Of a DNA stretch of 64,000 bases, positions 1 to 12,289 are shown in pieces. The first letter of the stretch is position 1; each line of letters opens with the position of its first letter. The notes below the pieces were generated by a model that was given only the letters and a program-made list of their open reading frames with translations, was not told the DNA's origin and did not search any database. This DNA is from Eledone cirrhosa (lineage: Eukaryota): the NCBI GenBank assembly GCA_964016885.1, contig OZ024740.1, positions 168,640,001 through 168,704,000 on the forward strand, given 5' to 3'. The position numbers and the translations under genes were made by a program.

Positions 1-188
1 TTTTTGGCCTTAATTGACCCCTCCACCTTACTGTTCCACCACCATGTTACTCTCCTCCTGCCTACAGGCCTGCTCCAGCCACAGACTTCGTCTGCCGCCA
101 TCAGCAGGTTTGCTTTCAGGAATTCCCACTGTTCCTCTATATTGTACGACTCTAATTGCTCTTCCTTACTGTCGAAAGCATCAAGTAG

Positions 189-1160
189 TCATCATCATCA
201 TCATCAGGTTTAGCGTCCGTGTTCCACGCTTGCGTGAGTTTGGACGGGGGTTTTTCCACTTGAGGCAAGAGTGGTTGTCTTGCTCGCATAGGACTGTCTG
301 GCGGGTTTTCTACAGCTGGATGCCCTTCCTAACACCAACCACATTTACAGTGTGGGGCTGGGAGGTTTTTACCGTGTTGCCTACACGGCCACATTACAGC
401 GTGGACTGTCTGGCGGGTTTTCTACAGCTGGATGCCCTTCCTAACACCAACCACATTTACAGTGTGGAGCTGGGAGGTTTTTGCCATCTTGCCTACACGG
501 CCACATTTACAGCGTGGACTGTGTGTTTTTTTGTCGTGACACCTACACGATCTCATTTGTTTCGGCCTGGATGTTGTGGGACCAACATAACTTTACATTG
601 AAAGGGCAGTGTGGATGGGGTGGAGGTGGTGGGACGGGGGTGTGTTTTGATAGAGATGCCTACTGACTGTAGTAGGTTTTTACTTTGTATTTAGGTAAGG
701 CGGGTCTTCTCTATTACTGAGTACCGCCAAAGGTCTCGGTCCAGTGACATTGTCTTGGAGAGGTGTAAGCGTGTGAGGTCGGAATTTATCATGTCGTTTA
801 TCAAGTAGTATGCTTTATTTCTGGCTGTGGGTCCTTTAGCTTCCATATTTTTCTCCTGAGGATAGTCCTCTTCTGCTGTCTAGTACGTCTCGTCCTGACT
901 ATTAGGTCGCTAATTATCAGTCTATGTTGGGAGGTGCATTCTTCATGGGGGAGGGATTTAGTGTTTACAACAGACACTCTGTCACGTCTTCTGGTAAGGA
1001 TATAATCTACCTGGCTTGTGTGTTCCCCCGATCTATAGGTGATCAGGTGATTGTCACGTTTTTTGAAGTTAGTGTTACAGATAGTTAGGTTATTTGCGTC
1101 ACAGAATTCCAGGATTCTGGAGCCTTCCTCATTTCTAGTACCAAACCCATAGCCTCCATG
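189..1160 (-). mobile_element. RTE-clade LINE, internally deleted (APE endonuclease C-terminal part joined to the ORF end and 3'UTR)
   Basis: Minus strand from 1159 reads HGGYGFGTRNEEGSRILEFCDANNLTICNTNFKKRDNHLITYRSGEHTSQVDYIL...SQHRLI (RTE APE domain). Near 800 it jumps to the ORF end and 3'UTR shared with the copy at 3497-5118. (CAT)n tail at 189-206. Confidence 0.9.
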
Positions 1161-1657
1161 GATATATATATATAATACAATAACAGAGATAGCTTAACGC
1201 TAAACTCCGACTGGTAACCATCTCACTCAACAAACGTTAGGTTATATGTTAGTATAACCCAATTTAAGTGTTTGTGGTGCTAACTATATGTATTTTGTGG
1301 AAAGCCAGTTGTATTATTTTATGAGATATAATTAAAGTTAAAATATATCTCTCTTTCCAAACAATTGTTTCATTATAAGTTTTCTACAAATTGGGAGAAT
1401 GTTTCCAGTTTATGTAGAAGCCTAACATATATTCATGTAAGAATATATTTAGGTGGGCACTTATAAATCTTCAGTGGAAGCCCATTAAACTTTGAAATAA
1501 GAAAAAATTCTTACCGCATATATATATTTATTTGTAGTAAGCTTGCTTGGATGCGTCCATAGGCGGTATGCCAGTTGAGCACTCTATGCTCCTTTGGAGT
1601 AGAGTATAATAATATGGAAAATGAAGAATCAGTGATGCATTGGAACACAATTTATTA

Positions 1658-1750
1658 ACGTATTACAATTGTTTCTCTGGCGAATAGCTCGAGGTGCGAT
1701 CTATGTGTGGATCGAACCTGACTCTGGATTCGCAAGTTCCTCAGATACGT
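1658..1750 (-). ncRNA. Type I hammerhead ribozyme motif with extended stem II
   Basis: Minus strand: acgtat-CTGAGGA-[long stem II: gcgaat/attcgc, aggt/acct, cgatc/gatcg]-GAA-ACAATTGT-A-atacgt. Perfect 6-bp stem I and palindromic stem III. Confidence 0.8.
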
Positions 1751-1773
1751 CTAGTGACTTCAAAGCAAATCCC

Positions 1774-1817
<44 letters not shown>

Positions 1818-1820
1818 GAA

Positions 1821-1869
1821 TTCTACAGGACTAGAACTGTTTCATTCAAAAGAAATCATCAGGAAAGCC
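1821..1869 (-). ncRNA. Type I hammerhead ribozyme motif (family shared with 12374 and 57353)
   Basis: Minus strand: ggctttc-CTGATGA-tttcttttgaat-GAA-ACAG ttctagtc CTGT-A-gaa. Stem II is weak. Confidence 0.65.
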
Positions 1870-1980
1870 ATACTGTGGTTACTCCTGATTGAACCCAACA
1901 CACACACATGGAAGAAATATATCAATTTAACGTTTGAAATAGCAGGAAGAGAGTCTTAATGTTTCGATATATATATATCT

Positions 1981-2268
1981 TCTCAGACCGGGTGATGTGT
2001 TGTTTCCTTGAGCAAGACACTTTATTTCACATTGCTCCAGTTTACTCAGCTGTAGAAATGAGATGATTGGGACATGGGTCCCTATCATTCTACTACAAAG
2101 TGGTCGTGGAGGTGCCACGGCAAAAAAGCACCCAGCACTCACTGTAAATGAGGTTGGTGTTAGGAAGGGCATCCAGCTGTAGAAATCAAGCCAGAATCAG
2201 TTCCCGTCCCACCCTTGCAAGCAGGGAAAAGCGGACGTAAAATGAAATGATGATGATAAAATGATGAT
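1981..2268 (+). mobile_element. 5'-truncated SINE with CORE-like body and RTE-derived tail
   Basis: Nearly identical to 58970-59230. Ends in (ATG)n. Confidence 0.85.
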
Positions 2269-2408
2269 ATATATATATATATGGATGTATATATAATGTA
2301 TTTTGCAATAAACTTTATGCTTAATTAAAAACATTTTGAAGACCGTATGCTATTGTTTTAGAGTAGTGACAAGTTCACTTACTTTAATCTCAGCAAACAG
2401 GGGAGATA

Positions 2409-2454
2409 AGCCGATAAGGGTCTTGTTTCGCTTTTGTTGAAGCTTATCAAGGCT
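2409..2454 (-). ncRNA. Type I hammerhead ribozyme, U3-A8 core variant (copy 1)
   Basis: agcc-TTGATAA-gctt caacaa aagc-GAA-ACAAG acc CTTAT-C-ggct. Confidence 0.75.
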
Positions 2455-2726
2455 AACTACCCCTCCTGTCTACTGAGATTACTGATGTTATATTCTTATA
2501 GAATTCTAGTAAATAATCAGGAGCTGATTATACAGAGCGATTGTTGGTCAGGCAGAAATTAAAAATTAGAATTGGAGCTCTGAAATAGCAATATATATAT
2601 GGATGTATATATAATGTATTTTGCAATAAACTTTATGCTTAATTAAAAGCATTTTGAAGACTGTATGCTATTGTTTTAGAGTAGTGACAAATTCACTTAC
2701 TTTAATCTCAGCAAACAGGGGAGATA

Positions 2727-2772
2727 AGCCGACAAGGGCCTTGTTTCGCTTTTGTTGAAGCTTATCAAGGCT
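2727..2772 (-). ncRNA. Type I hammerhead ribozyme, U3-A8 core variant (copy 2)
   Basis: agcc-TTGATAA-gctt caacaa aagc-GAA-ACAAG gcc CTTGT-C-ggct. All three stems are perfect and the cleavage triplet is GUC. Confidence 0.82.
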
Positions 2773-2877
2773 AACTACCCCTCCTGTCTACTGAGATTAC
2801 TGATGTTATATATATATATATATATATATATATCTGTGTGTGTGTGGATGTGTGTATGTATGTATATTTATATATGT

Positions 2878-3030
2878 ATCACAAGCTCATCCCATTTTCT
2901 TTCGGAGCGTCAGCAGCCCGCCTTAGGAAAGAGCCCCTTGAAGTGGGATGGCTGTTGCAGCGAGTGTCGGTGGCCATTATCTGTGGGAATGCCTTTGCAG
3001 TCTGTGGGATGCAGCCAAATCACAGCCCCA
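2878..3030 (+). mobile_element. 3' fragment of a CRE-like (restriction-like endonuclease) non-LTR retrotransposon
   Basis: Translates to EPLEVGWLLQRVSVAIICGNAFAVCG, matching the typical CRE-clade C-terminus (..L.QRLSVAIQRGNA..V.G). Follows a (TA)/(TG) tract. Confidence 0.6.
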
Positions 3031-3496
3031 CCCTAAGCACAGAGCCTATCATCCTTTCCCCCTTCCTTTCTTCTGTGGCCTAATTAGTCCTTGCATTTTC
3101 CCTCCTTTTCTTCTTATTTATGACATTTATAGTCATTTCCTCTATTTTCCTTTACAGCCAGATCTACCCTTCATTACGCCTTCCTCCCTCTGTTCAGTAC
3201 TTTTGTTTTATCTTTTTTTGTTTCATATTTCCATCGTTGTATAGCTTCTTTTTGTAAAATATATTTGAAATAATTTGTTTATGTATTATTGATTAAATAA
3301 AAATTTCATAAAATTTGTTATGTTCAGTTAAAGCAACAATAAGATAGTTGTCATTTTCTTTATTTACTCTTTAGCTTATTTTTCTCTCCTTCCATCTTTG
3401 CTCACTCTTTATATATATATATACATACATATGGAAAGTATGGCGGGATGGGGGAAGTAGAGAAGACTATCAAGTGGCCAGGAGGGAAGCTAGGAG

Positions 3497-5118
3497 ACAA
3501 AGGTAAACCCCTCTACTTAGCTTTTGTCGACTTGGAGAAAGCCTTCGACAGAGTCCCCCGCTCCATTATCTGGTGGGCTCTTAGAAAACTAGGCGTTGAC
3601 GAATGGCTTGTGAGGGCTATACAAGCCATGTATAAAGAAACAGTCAGCAAGGTTAGAATTAACAACGAATATAGTGAAGAGTTTAGCGTAAAAATTGGCG
3701 TCCATCAGGGCTCTGTTCTCAGCCCCCTACTATTTATTATTGCCCTTCAGGCTATAACAGAGGAGTTCAAAACCGGCTGCCCATGGGAACTCCTATACGC
3801 AGACGACCTGACACTCATAGCGGAATCGATGGCCGAGCTAGAGAAGAAATTCCAAACATGGAAGCACGGCCTAGAGTCAAAAGGACTTAAAATTAACCTG
3901 GCTAAGACTAAAGTTCTAGTTTGTAGGAAAGAAAACAAGGCGGCGGTCCCTTCTGGGAAATGGTCGTGCTTGGTGTGTAGGAAAGGCGTAGGTAGAAACT
4001 CCATTTTATGTCCTAAATGCAAAGTATGGGTGCATAAAAGATGTAGTGGGATCGCAGGTAAGCTAACTAAGAACATAGATTTTACATGTGGCCGGTGTTC
4101 TGGTGCAATAAGTAGCAGCAAGTGCCCACAAAATACTAGCTCTTTCAATTGCGCAGAGGGTTCTATAGAAATAGTGGACAGCTTCCGTTACCTGGGCGAT
4201 AAAATCAGCAGTGGGGGTGGGTGCTCTGAAAGTACAGTAGCTAGAGTCAGAACTGGTTGGAAAAAGTTCAGAGAGCTTATACCACTATTAGCTGCTAAAG
4301 GGTTCTCCCTAAAAATGAAAGGCAGGATGCCTGCATACGAACAGCAATGTTGCATGGCAGTGAGACCTGGGCATTGTGTGCAGAGGATATACGCAGACTA
4401 GAGAGGAACGAAGCTTGCATGCTCCGCTGGATGTGTAACAGTAATATATGTGAACGGCAAAGCATAAACGAACTAAGGACAAAATTAGAGATAAGAGGGA
4501 TCAGATGTTGTTTACTCGAGAGAAGGCTACGTTGGTATGGACACGTGATGCGCATGAAAGTCGATAGTTGTATAACAAAGTGCAGGGCAATAAAGATAGA
4601 CGGTAGCCACGGAATAGGCAGACCTAGAAAAACCTGGGACGAGCTGACAAACTCCGACCTCACACACTTACACCTCTCCAAGACAATGTCACTGGACCGA
4701 GACCTTTGGCGGTACTCAGTAACAGAGAAGACCCGCCTCGCCAGTAGGCATCTCTAACAAAATACACCCCGTCCCACCACCACCACCCCCACCCCATCCA
4801 CACCACCCCGTTCTATGTAAAGTTATGTTGGTGCCGCGCCATCCAGGCCGAAACAAATGAGATCGTGTAGGTGTCACGACAAAAAAACACACAGTCCACG
4901 CTGTAATGTGGCCGTGTAGGCAACACGGTAAAAACCTCCCAGACCCACACTGTAAATGTGGTTGGTGTTAGGAAGGGCATCCAACTGTAGAAAACCTGCC
5001 AGACAGTCCTATGCGAGCAAGACAATCACTCTTGCCTCAAGTGGGACTACCCCCGTCCAAACCCATGCAAGCGTGGAACACAGACGTTAAACGTTGATGA
5101 TGATGATGTTGATGATGA
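3497..5118 (+). mobile_element. 5'-truncated RTE LINE (RT, Cys/His finger, 3'UTR), frameshifted
   Basis: ORFs 3448-4401 and 4347-4757 contain FVDLEKAFDRV, GVHQGSVLSPLLF, LLYADD and CxxC..CxxC..HxxC..CxxC. A small deletion near 4327 relative to sister copies causes the frameshift. (ATG)n tail. Confidence 0.95.
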
Positions 5119-5985
5119 TATATATAGATACTAAGTATATTTTGTGTTAGTTAATCAAATGACACTAATGTATGTAGGATAGAACACTAGAAGAAATATA
5201 TATGTAGGCCTGTATATTCTGGTGTATTACAACAAAGTGTAACAATGAAGTAGAATGCAGTAGGTTAGAATTTACCTCATTTTATTGATTACATAATCGC
5301 CCCTAACCCAGAAAATATTAGGAGACAGTCTGTAGCAACAGTAAGATCTCCTTTGTAGGTCATCTCCAAATCAAATATTTTCTCTGTTTATATTTTCTCA
5401 GTTTGTATTTGCCATAATTCCTTTGTTGATTAACTAATTATGCAATATGGACCTGATGATGGCACCAGGATCTTACGTAACCAGGCTATTGAAATATATA
5501 TTGCGTTTTTGCAACAATAAAACTTTAAAGGAACTTCACCAGTTCAGCTTCCTGTTATTTTAATCAAACTAATATTTAACTCTGTTCCTGCACCAGCCAC
5601 AGGATTCAACATCAATGATGGATGAGTTGCATAACATAGAGTGCTTCTCCTACTATTACATCATGGTTAATTAATTTAGTGTGAACCACTAACTGAAAGG
5701 AATATATATATATGGTGGATCTTCCAAAATTGTTGTGCTTAGGTCTTTGTTATTCAGCTTGAACTTCTACAGTTTGTTATCCATAGAGAAAATGTGAGCA
5801 ATGAGAGTGTTCCAGTCCTAAAAATATAGCTTTTGATGGAATGTCTTGTGCAGGACTTAGAGGTGAGATACAGTGAGGATAATGAGAAGAGAAGAGGCAG
5901 AGGAATTGGGTGGTATACAACTTCATTGGAACAGGAATCATTGTAGTGATAGTAGAAGATTGATAATGTATATGTAGTTAATGTG

Positions 5986-6316
5986 TTAACTCTTTCATTA
6001 CCATATTTTTCATGAAGAGACTGCCTATGATTTTCAAATAATTTTGGAAATAATTAAAAATTTTCATGCTGATGTTTTGAATATAAATTTACAAAGGTTC
6101 TTACATAAAATTATAATGGACATTTTTTTTTTTTTTTAATAAATATAAACTTTGTAATTAATTAGTATATTAAACCAGTGTGCAGTACATAATTTAATAA
6201 AAGGTTTTCACATAAAATTATGACAGAATATTTGTAAATATGAATATTTTAAACAGCTAGTTTTGTCTCATAGAACCACGGCTAGTTTTAGGTGGGTTGG
6301 TATCAAAAGGGGTAAA
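5986..6316. mobile_element. Degenerate TTAA MITE (piggyBac-type ends)
   Basis: ttaactcttt...aaaaggggtaa termini. Body similar to 16363-16577 and 58472-59294. Confidence 0.55.
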
Positions 6317-6689
6317 ATTTTAAACTACAGAATACAAATTTTAGAATTTTGCTGTTCCTTCAAATTTAACATATTTCATAAAATTATCTGTAAAAATTGA
6401 AGACTTATATATAAATATATATTAATATATTAATGCTTTTCTGGATAAAATGTTCTGTTCAGAAGCAACAAAAATTGCAGGCTTTTATTACTCTTGCTTT
6501 TATAACCACTTAGTTATTTGTAAAATGAAGAAAATTTGATTGATCAAAAACCCCTTTTTTTTTAATTTAGATTTTACCACATGAGGATTATTTCAACAAT
6601 CGATGGGTTCTTACACGAGTTTGGCTTTATCTTTTTTCACTCTTAACATCCTGTATTGATTTTGCAGAAAAAAATCTAAAAATGGGCTT

Positions 6690-9530
6690 ATAATAATGAT
6701 GAAATTATTGTGTAAAGTGCTCAGGTGCACTACAATTCGTCAAAGGTGCATGTATAGTACATAGAATAATACACAAATGTCAGGGAAGTGAATAGTGTAT
6801 GAGTCATGATATACACGTGTGAATGTGTATGGAGGGGGAACATTAGGTGTAGTGTTGGCGAATCTCGGGAAGCATGGAGGCCTTAAAGGATGCAGTGTCT
6901 CAACAGCTAACAACTGATGCAGGTTGTTTGTTCCATGCTTCAGCAACTCTGAGCGTGAAAAAATGTTTCCGAAAGTCATGGGAACTGTACTGTTTTCTGA
7001 CTTTGTGGGCATGCCCACGTGTGTTAGACACATGGAAATCAAAAAGGTACTCAGGGTTGTTGTTGGCAAGATGGTTAACAATTTTGTGGGTGTTTACCAA
7101 GTCAGTTGCCAGGCGTTGGAGCTTCAACGTATCCATGCCCAGGGAAGCAAGGTGCTCAGAGTATGGTAGATGCCTGATGGAGGGTATTCGCTTGGTTGCA
7201 CGTCTCTGAACAGTTTCCAGGCGGTCAATGTTCTGAGCAAGATAAGGGTTCCAGACTGGTGATGCAAATTCTAAGTGTGGCCGCACCATAGCCATGTATA
7301 GATAGCTGTAGAACGGCTGACAAAGGTCTTACTGAGTGATGCTAAGACACCCTCGGCCCAGGTCACGTTCACAAGAAGACTTCTTGATATTAGTGCTGTG
7401 GAGGGAGTATGTGGACGCTGGGTTTTTACTCCCAAAATGCATGGTGGTGCACTTGTCCACAGCTAGCTTGAGTTGCCAGTCTGAGATCCATTGTTGCATT
7501 GTGTCCAGGTCAGACTGCAAGCAAGATCTATAGTGTTCAGGATCTGTCCTTTTTATCTCAAGGTACAGCTTGATGTCATCTGCGTACTTTAGTACTGTGG
7601 CATTCTTTAAGTTGGCATCTGTCATTAATATATGCCAAAAACAAAAGGGGGCCCAGAACAGATCCCTGTGGTACACCAAATAACATCTCATATGGTGAAC
7701 AATGCTGTCCAAGAACCGTGACTACCTCTCTTCGACTGAGAATGTAGGACTTCAACCAGTTAAAAAGATCATCCTTCACACCCATTGCAGAGAGTTTTGC
7801 CATAAGCCTTTTGTGTGGCACAGAATTGAAAGCTTTCGCAAAGTCAAGGTAAACAACATCCACCCAGGAGCCGCCATCAGTGATCCGAGTGATGTCTTCA
7901 AGAAACTCGATAAGTTGATCACAGCAGCTGGAGTTGGGGATAAATCCAAATTGCGAGGGCATGATAAGACTGTGAGAGTTCCAGAAGTTCCAAAGTGTTT
8001 CTCCGACACAGGATTCCATCAGTTTGGCAATGCAACTAGTAAGACTGACTGGACGATAGTTCACAGGTCTTGTGCGGTCACCCTTTTTGAACAGAGGAAT
8101 GACACTGGCAGTTTTCCACTGTTCTGGAGTAGCACCGTTGTTCAGACAGAATTGGAAGAAACGTGATAACTGGTGCAGAAGGAAGTACCCACCACGTTTA
8201 AGAAGCAGGTACGTAACACCATCAAGACCAGGAGAGGCATGGTTGCGTTTATATTTTAGGTGACGTCGCAGCATTGCAGGTGTAAATTCCATGGTTGTAA
8301 TAGAATCCGGTGTCATAGGTGGTGGAGACGGTACACTCTGGTCTTCAATGCCTGAATAGCATTCAGCAATGAGCTCTGCGCATTCCTTGGAGTCGCCAGT
8401 ATCCTGGCTTGTGTGGGGATTGTGAAGAGGACTAACTGGAGAGTGAGGCCTCTGCTTTGAGTGAACATACTTCCAGAACACCTTACTGTCAGGGCTGGTT
8501 GTTATGCGCTGCTCAAATTGAAGCACTGCCTTTTTTATCACCTGTTTGAGGTGGTTGGACGATCTATTTCGCCTCTGCTTATTAATGTCTGATTTGTGCA
8601 GTTTGTACTCGCGTTCAGCATTGCGATGTTCTTTTCTGGCAAGACGGATTGCACTTTTGGGATGTTTTTTCTGCTTACGTGGCACCGATGCTGCACATGC
8701 TGTACATATTGAGCTCAGGATGTTCTGGAGTACAGTGTTGACATATCCAGAGTCGTAGAACTCAAGCCAGTTTGGCCGTTGCAACTCGGTGCAGTAACAG
8801 TTCCAGTCTGCTTTATTCCAGTCAAAGTGAGCAGTTGGGAGATGGTTGTGGTTCTTGTTACTGCCCATGAGGGATAGATTGGCAATGATCATAGCATGAT
8901 CAGAGTCACCTAAAGGTTCCTCAGCAGTAACACTAATGACTGTTTCAGGAGTAGTGGTGAAGAGTAGGTTCAAAGTGTTGTCACCTCTTGTTGGGGAGGT
9001 GACTACTTGGGACCAATTCGAGTCCAGTACTAGCTCAAGGAAGTCATTTGCACTTGGCGGCCAACGAAAGGTTTCCCAGTCAATCTCAGGGTGATTGAAG
9101 TCTTCGGCAATGAAAACATAAGTGGCTGTTTTCCTGGCAGCAGCTCTGAGGATATCACAAAGTTGAGTGTCCTGATGGTAATTTGGGGGATTGTAAACGA
9201 CTCCAAGTAGCAGTGTTGACATGGTCATACGTATATCGCAGAAAAAAACTTCCTGCTGTGATTGGTTCAGATCAACACAAGGAATTGCCGACAAATTTGA
9301 CCGAACATAGACCATTATACCACCACCACAACGATTAATGCGGTCTTTACGAAACAGGTTGTAGCCAGTTATGCTGAAAACCCCATCACAGAGTAAGGGA
9401 TGTGCCAAGTTTCCGTGACTGTAATGAAGTCAGGGTTGATACTTTTGACGTAGGAGTCAAAAAGATGAATCTTATTGCATAGACTACGTGCATTCAAGGA
9501 CAACAATTTGTACCTTGATTCCAGTATATG
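6690..9530 (-). mobile_element. CR1/L2-group LINE, nearly complete ORF2 (APE endonuclease and RT), frameshifted
   Basis: LSLNARSLCNK..ITVTETW, LGDSDH, NYRPVSLTS, VYLDFAKAF, GVPQGSVLGPLLF, YADD, VRPHLEFASPVWNPY, TRGH, FFTLRVAEAWN across ORFs 7576-9408, 7329-7712 and 6900-7295. Confidence 0.95.
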
Positions 9531-10796
9531 ATTATGTGCAGGGATGGCAGGTTATTTATCCAAATGTTTATAATATCATTACTAGTGGACAGATTTTTGT
9601 CAAGTTTGTAGTAAAGACTTTGATATTTAATATGATGCAGACTTAGTGTTGTTTTATACTCTTTAAGAATGTCTTGCTAATGTGATACAGGCTGTTAAGA
9701 GTTAATAAAAGAAGTTATCAAGTAGAACAAAATTGTCTTTTGGTTAGTTTTATTATTTTTATTCCATTATCCCTTCTCATATGTATCCTGATTTTTTGTA
9801 AGAATAGGTACAAAAGAGTTGATGACAGTAGGGACATCTAATTACAAAACATTACCTCAAAATGCTTCATGCAGCCCATGTCAGCATGGGAAATCAGCCA
9901 TAAAAACAATGATCAGAATGAGGATGATGATGATGATATCTATGTTTCTTCCACCTATATCAGACTATTCTTATTTCTATCCATTTCTTTTTTATTGAAC
10001 CACTGATTTATTAATATATTCTCTTTTGACAATAGCCTAAGATTTAACTATTATAGAGTTGTCTTCATTTATCATAGAATAAATGTTTCATATGAAAAAT
10101 ATGCTAATGATTTTCTAACCAACTGTTTTGATTTGTTTTATACTGTGGAAAACTGAAATGAATCTAAAATCTTTGATTTACAATATTTTTTTTGTTATAT
10201 TTATTGCATTGTTTTTTTCTTTCCAAAATATAACTTAGGATGGACATGAATTTATGCAAGTTTAAGAATTTGCTTTTTTATGTTAAGTTATGAATAGTTT
10301 TTCTTCATTTTATGATGAATATTAGCTCTTTTTGTCTCTGATTTAATTATATATAAAGAAAAATGTTATGTTATAATTGTATTTTTACTTTTTTTTGTAA
10401 CTTATTAAAAAGATTGTTTAAAAACAACTTGTGTCAATGATTTTTAACCTTATTCTATCTTGCTCTATACATAAAAGCAATTTCTTTTCTAATTTTAATT
10501 TCAATTGAAATTCAAATGATATTGACTTGCATGATTATTAAAAATAGACTTATTTGAATATATTTGAGTCTTCAAAAATTTGAAAAGGTATATTTTGTAA
10601 TTGCAGCAAGGTCTGTGTAGGCATGGTTGTTTATTTAAGATGTTTGCTTTGCAAACCAGTGATCAGCATCTTGGGGTTGTGAATTTGGTAGAGAGAAAGA
10701 GAGAAACTGTAAAATAAACTCAATGTATGTGTGTGTGTGTAAAATAAACTCAATGTGTGTGTATGTGTGTTTATATATATATATATATATATGCAG

Positions 10797-12276
10797 ATGA
10801 TCCTATATGCAGATGATCTAACGCTCATAGCTGAATCAATGGCGGAACTAGAGAAGAAATTCCAAACATGGAAGCATGGCCTAGAATCAAAAGGCCTTAA
10901 AGTTAACTTGTCTAAGACTAAAGTTCTAGTTTGTAGGAAAGAAAATAGGGCACCGGCCATGCTCAGAAAATAGGGCACTGGCCATGCTCAGTGTGTAGGA
11001 AAGGAGTAGGTAGAAACTCCATTTTATGTCCCAAATGCAAAGTATGGGTGCATAAAAGATGTAGTGGGATCACAGATAAGCTAACTAAGAATATAGATTT
11101 TATATGTGGCCGGAGCTCAGGTGCATTAAGTAGCAGCAAGTGCCCAAAGAATACTAGCTCATTCCATTGCACAGATGGTTCTATAGAAATAGTGGACAGC
11201 TTCCGTTACCTGAGTGACAAAATAAGCAGTGGGGGAGGGTGCTCTGAAAGTACAGTAGCTAGAGTCAGAACGGGATGGAAAAAGTTCAGAGAGCTTATAC
11301 CACTATTGGCCGCTAAAGGGTTCTCTCTAAAAATGAAAGGCAGGCTGTATGATGCCTGCATACGAACAGCAATGTTACATGGCAGTGAGACCTGGGCATT
11401 GTGTGCAGAGGATATACGCAGACTGGAGAGAAACGAAGCTTGCCTGCTCCGCTGGATGTGTAATAGTAATATACGTGAACGGCAAAGCATAAACGAACTA
11501 AGGGAGAAATTAGGAATAAGAGGGATCAGATGTTGTTTACTAGAGAGAAGACTACGTTGGTATGGTCACGTGATGCGCATGAAAGACAACAGCTGTATAA
11601 AACAGTGCAGGGCGATAAAAATAGACGGTAGCCACAGAGTAGGCAGACCCAGAAAAACCTAGGACAACTTGATAAATTCCGACCTCACACACTTACACCT
11701 CTCCAAGACAATGTCACTGGACCGAGATCTTTGGTGCTACACAGGCAAGGTGGGTCTTCTGTATAACTAAGTACAAAGCGAAACCTAGTCAGTAGGCACC
11801 TCTAACAAAATACACCCCGTCCCACTACCCCCACCCCATCCACACCACCCCCTTAAATGTGAAGTTATGTTGGTACCACAACATCCAGTCCAAAACAAAT
11901 GAGGTCGTGTAGGTGTCACAACAAAAAAACACACAGTCCACGCTGTAATGTGGCCATGTAGGTAACACGGTAAAAACCTCCCAGTACACACTGTAAACGT
12001 GGTTGGTGTTGGGAAGGGCACCCAGCCGTAGAAAACCTGCCAGACGTGTAGGTGTCATGACAATAAAACACACAGTCCACGCTGTAATGTGGCCGTGTAG
12101 GTAACACGGTAAAAGCCTCCCAGTCCACACTGTAAACGTGGTTGGTGTTAGGAAGGGCATCCAGCCGTAGAAAACCCGCCAGACAGTCCTGAGCAAGACA
12201 ACCTTGCCTCAAGTGGGACAATTCCTGTCCAGACCCATGCTAGCATGGAAAATGGGCGTTAGATGATGATGATGAT
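10797..12276 (+). mobile_element. 5'-truncated RTE LINE
   Basis: Begins at LYADD next to (TA)n. Same family as 3497-5118. Internal duplications near 10945-10990 and in the 3'UTR. Confidence 0.95.
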
Positions 12277-12289
12277 ATATATATATATG

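Larger units (their letters stand above)
2271..2810 (-). repeat. Partial tandem repeat, 318-bp period, one HHR per unit (PLE pLTR- or retrozyme-like)
   Basis: 2271-~2492 recurs at ~2590-2810. HHR motifs start at 2409 and 2727. Flanked by (TA)n. Confidence 0.85.

Noticed and set aside
14-666. Recurrent ORFs with WMPFLTPTTFTV (also 4813, 11825, 27160, 56919)
   Set aside because: Antisense reading of the non-coding RTE or SINE 3'UTR, not a gene family.
1355-1445. GAAACAATTGT half-motif on the minus strand with a hairpin
   Set aside because: No recognisable CUGANGA-like core or stem I.
5440-5520. CTGATGA...GAAATATATATTG hammerhead-like remnant (related one at 18085-18170; another at ~18315-18362)
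   Set aside because: Stems I and II could not be paired convincingly. Counted only as degenerate remnants.
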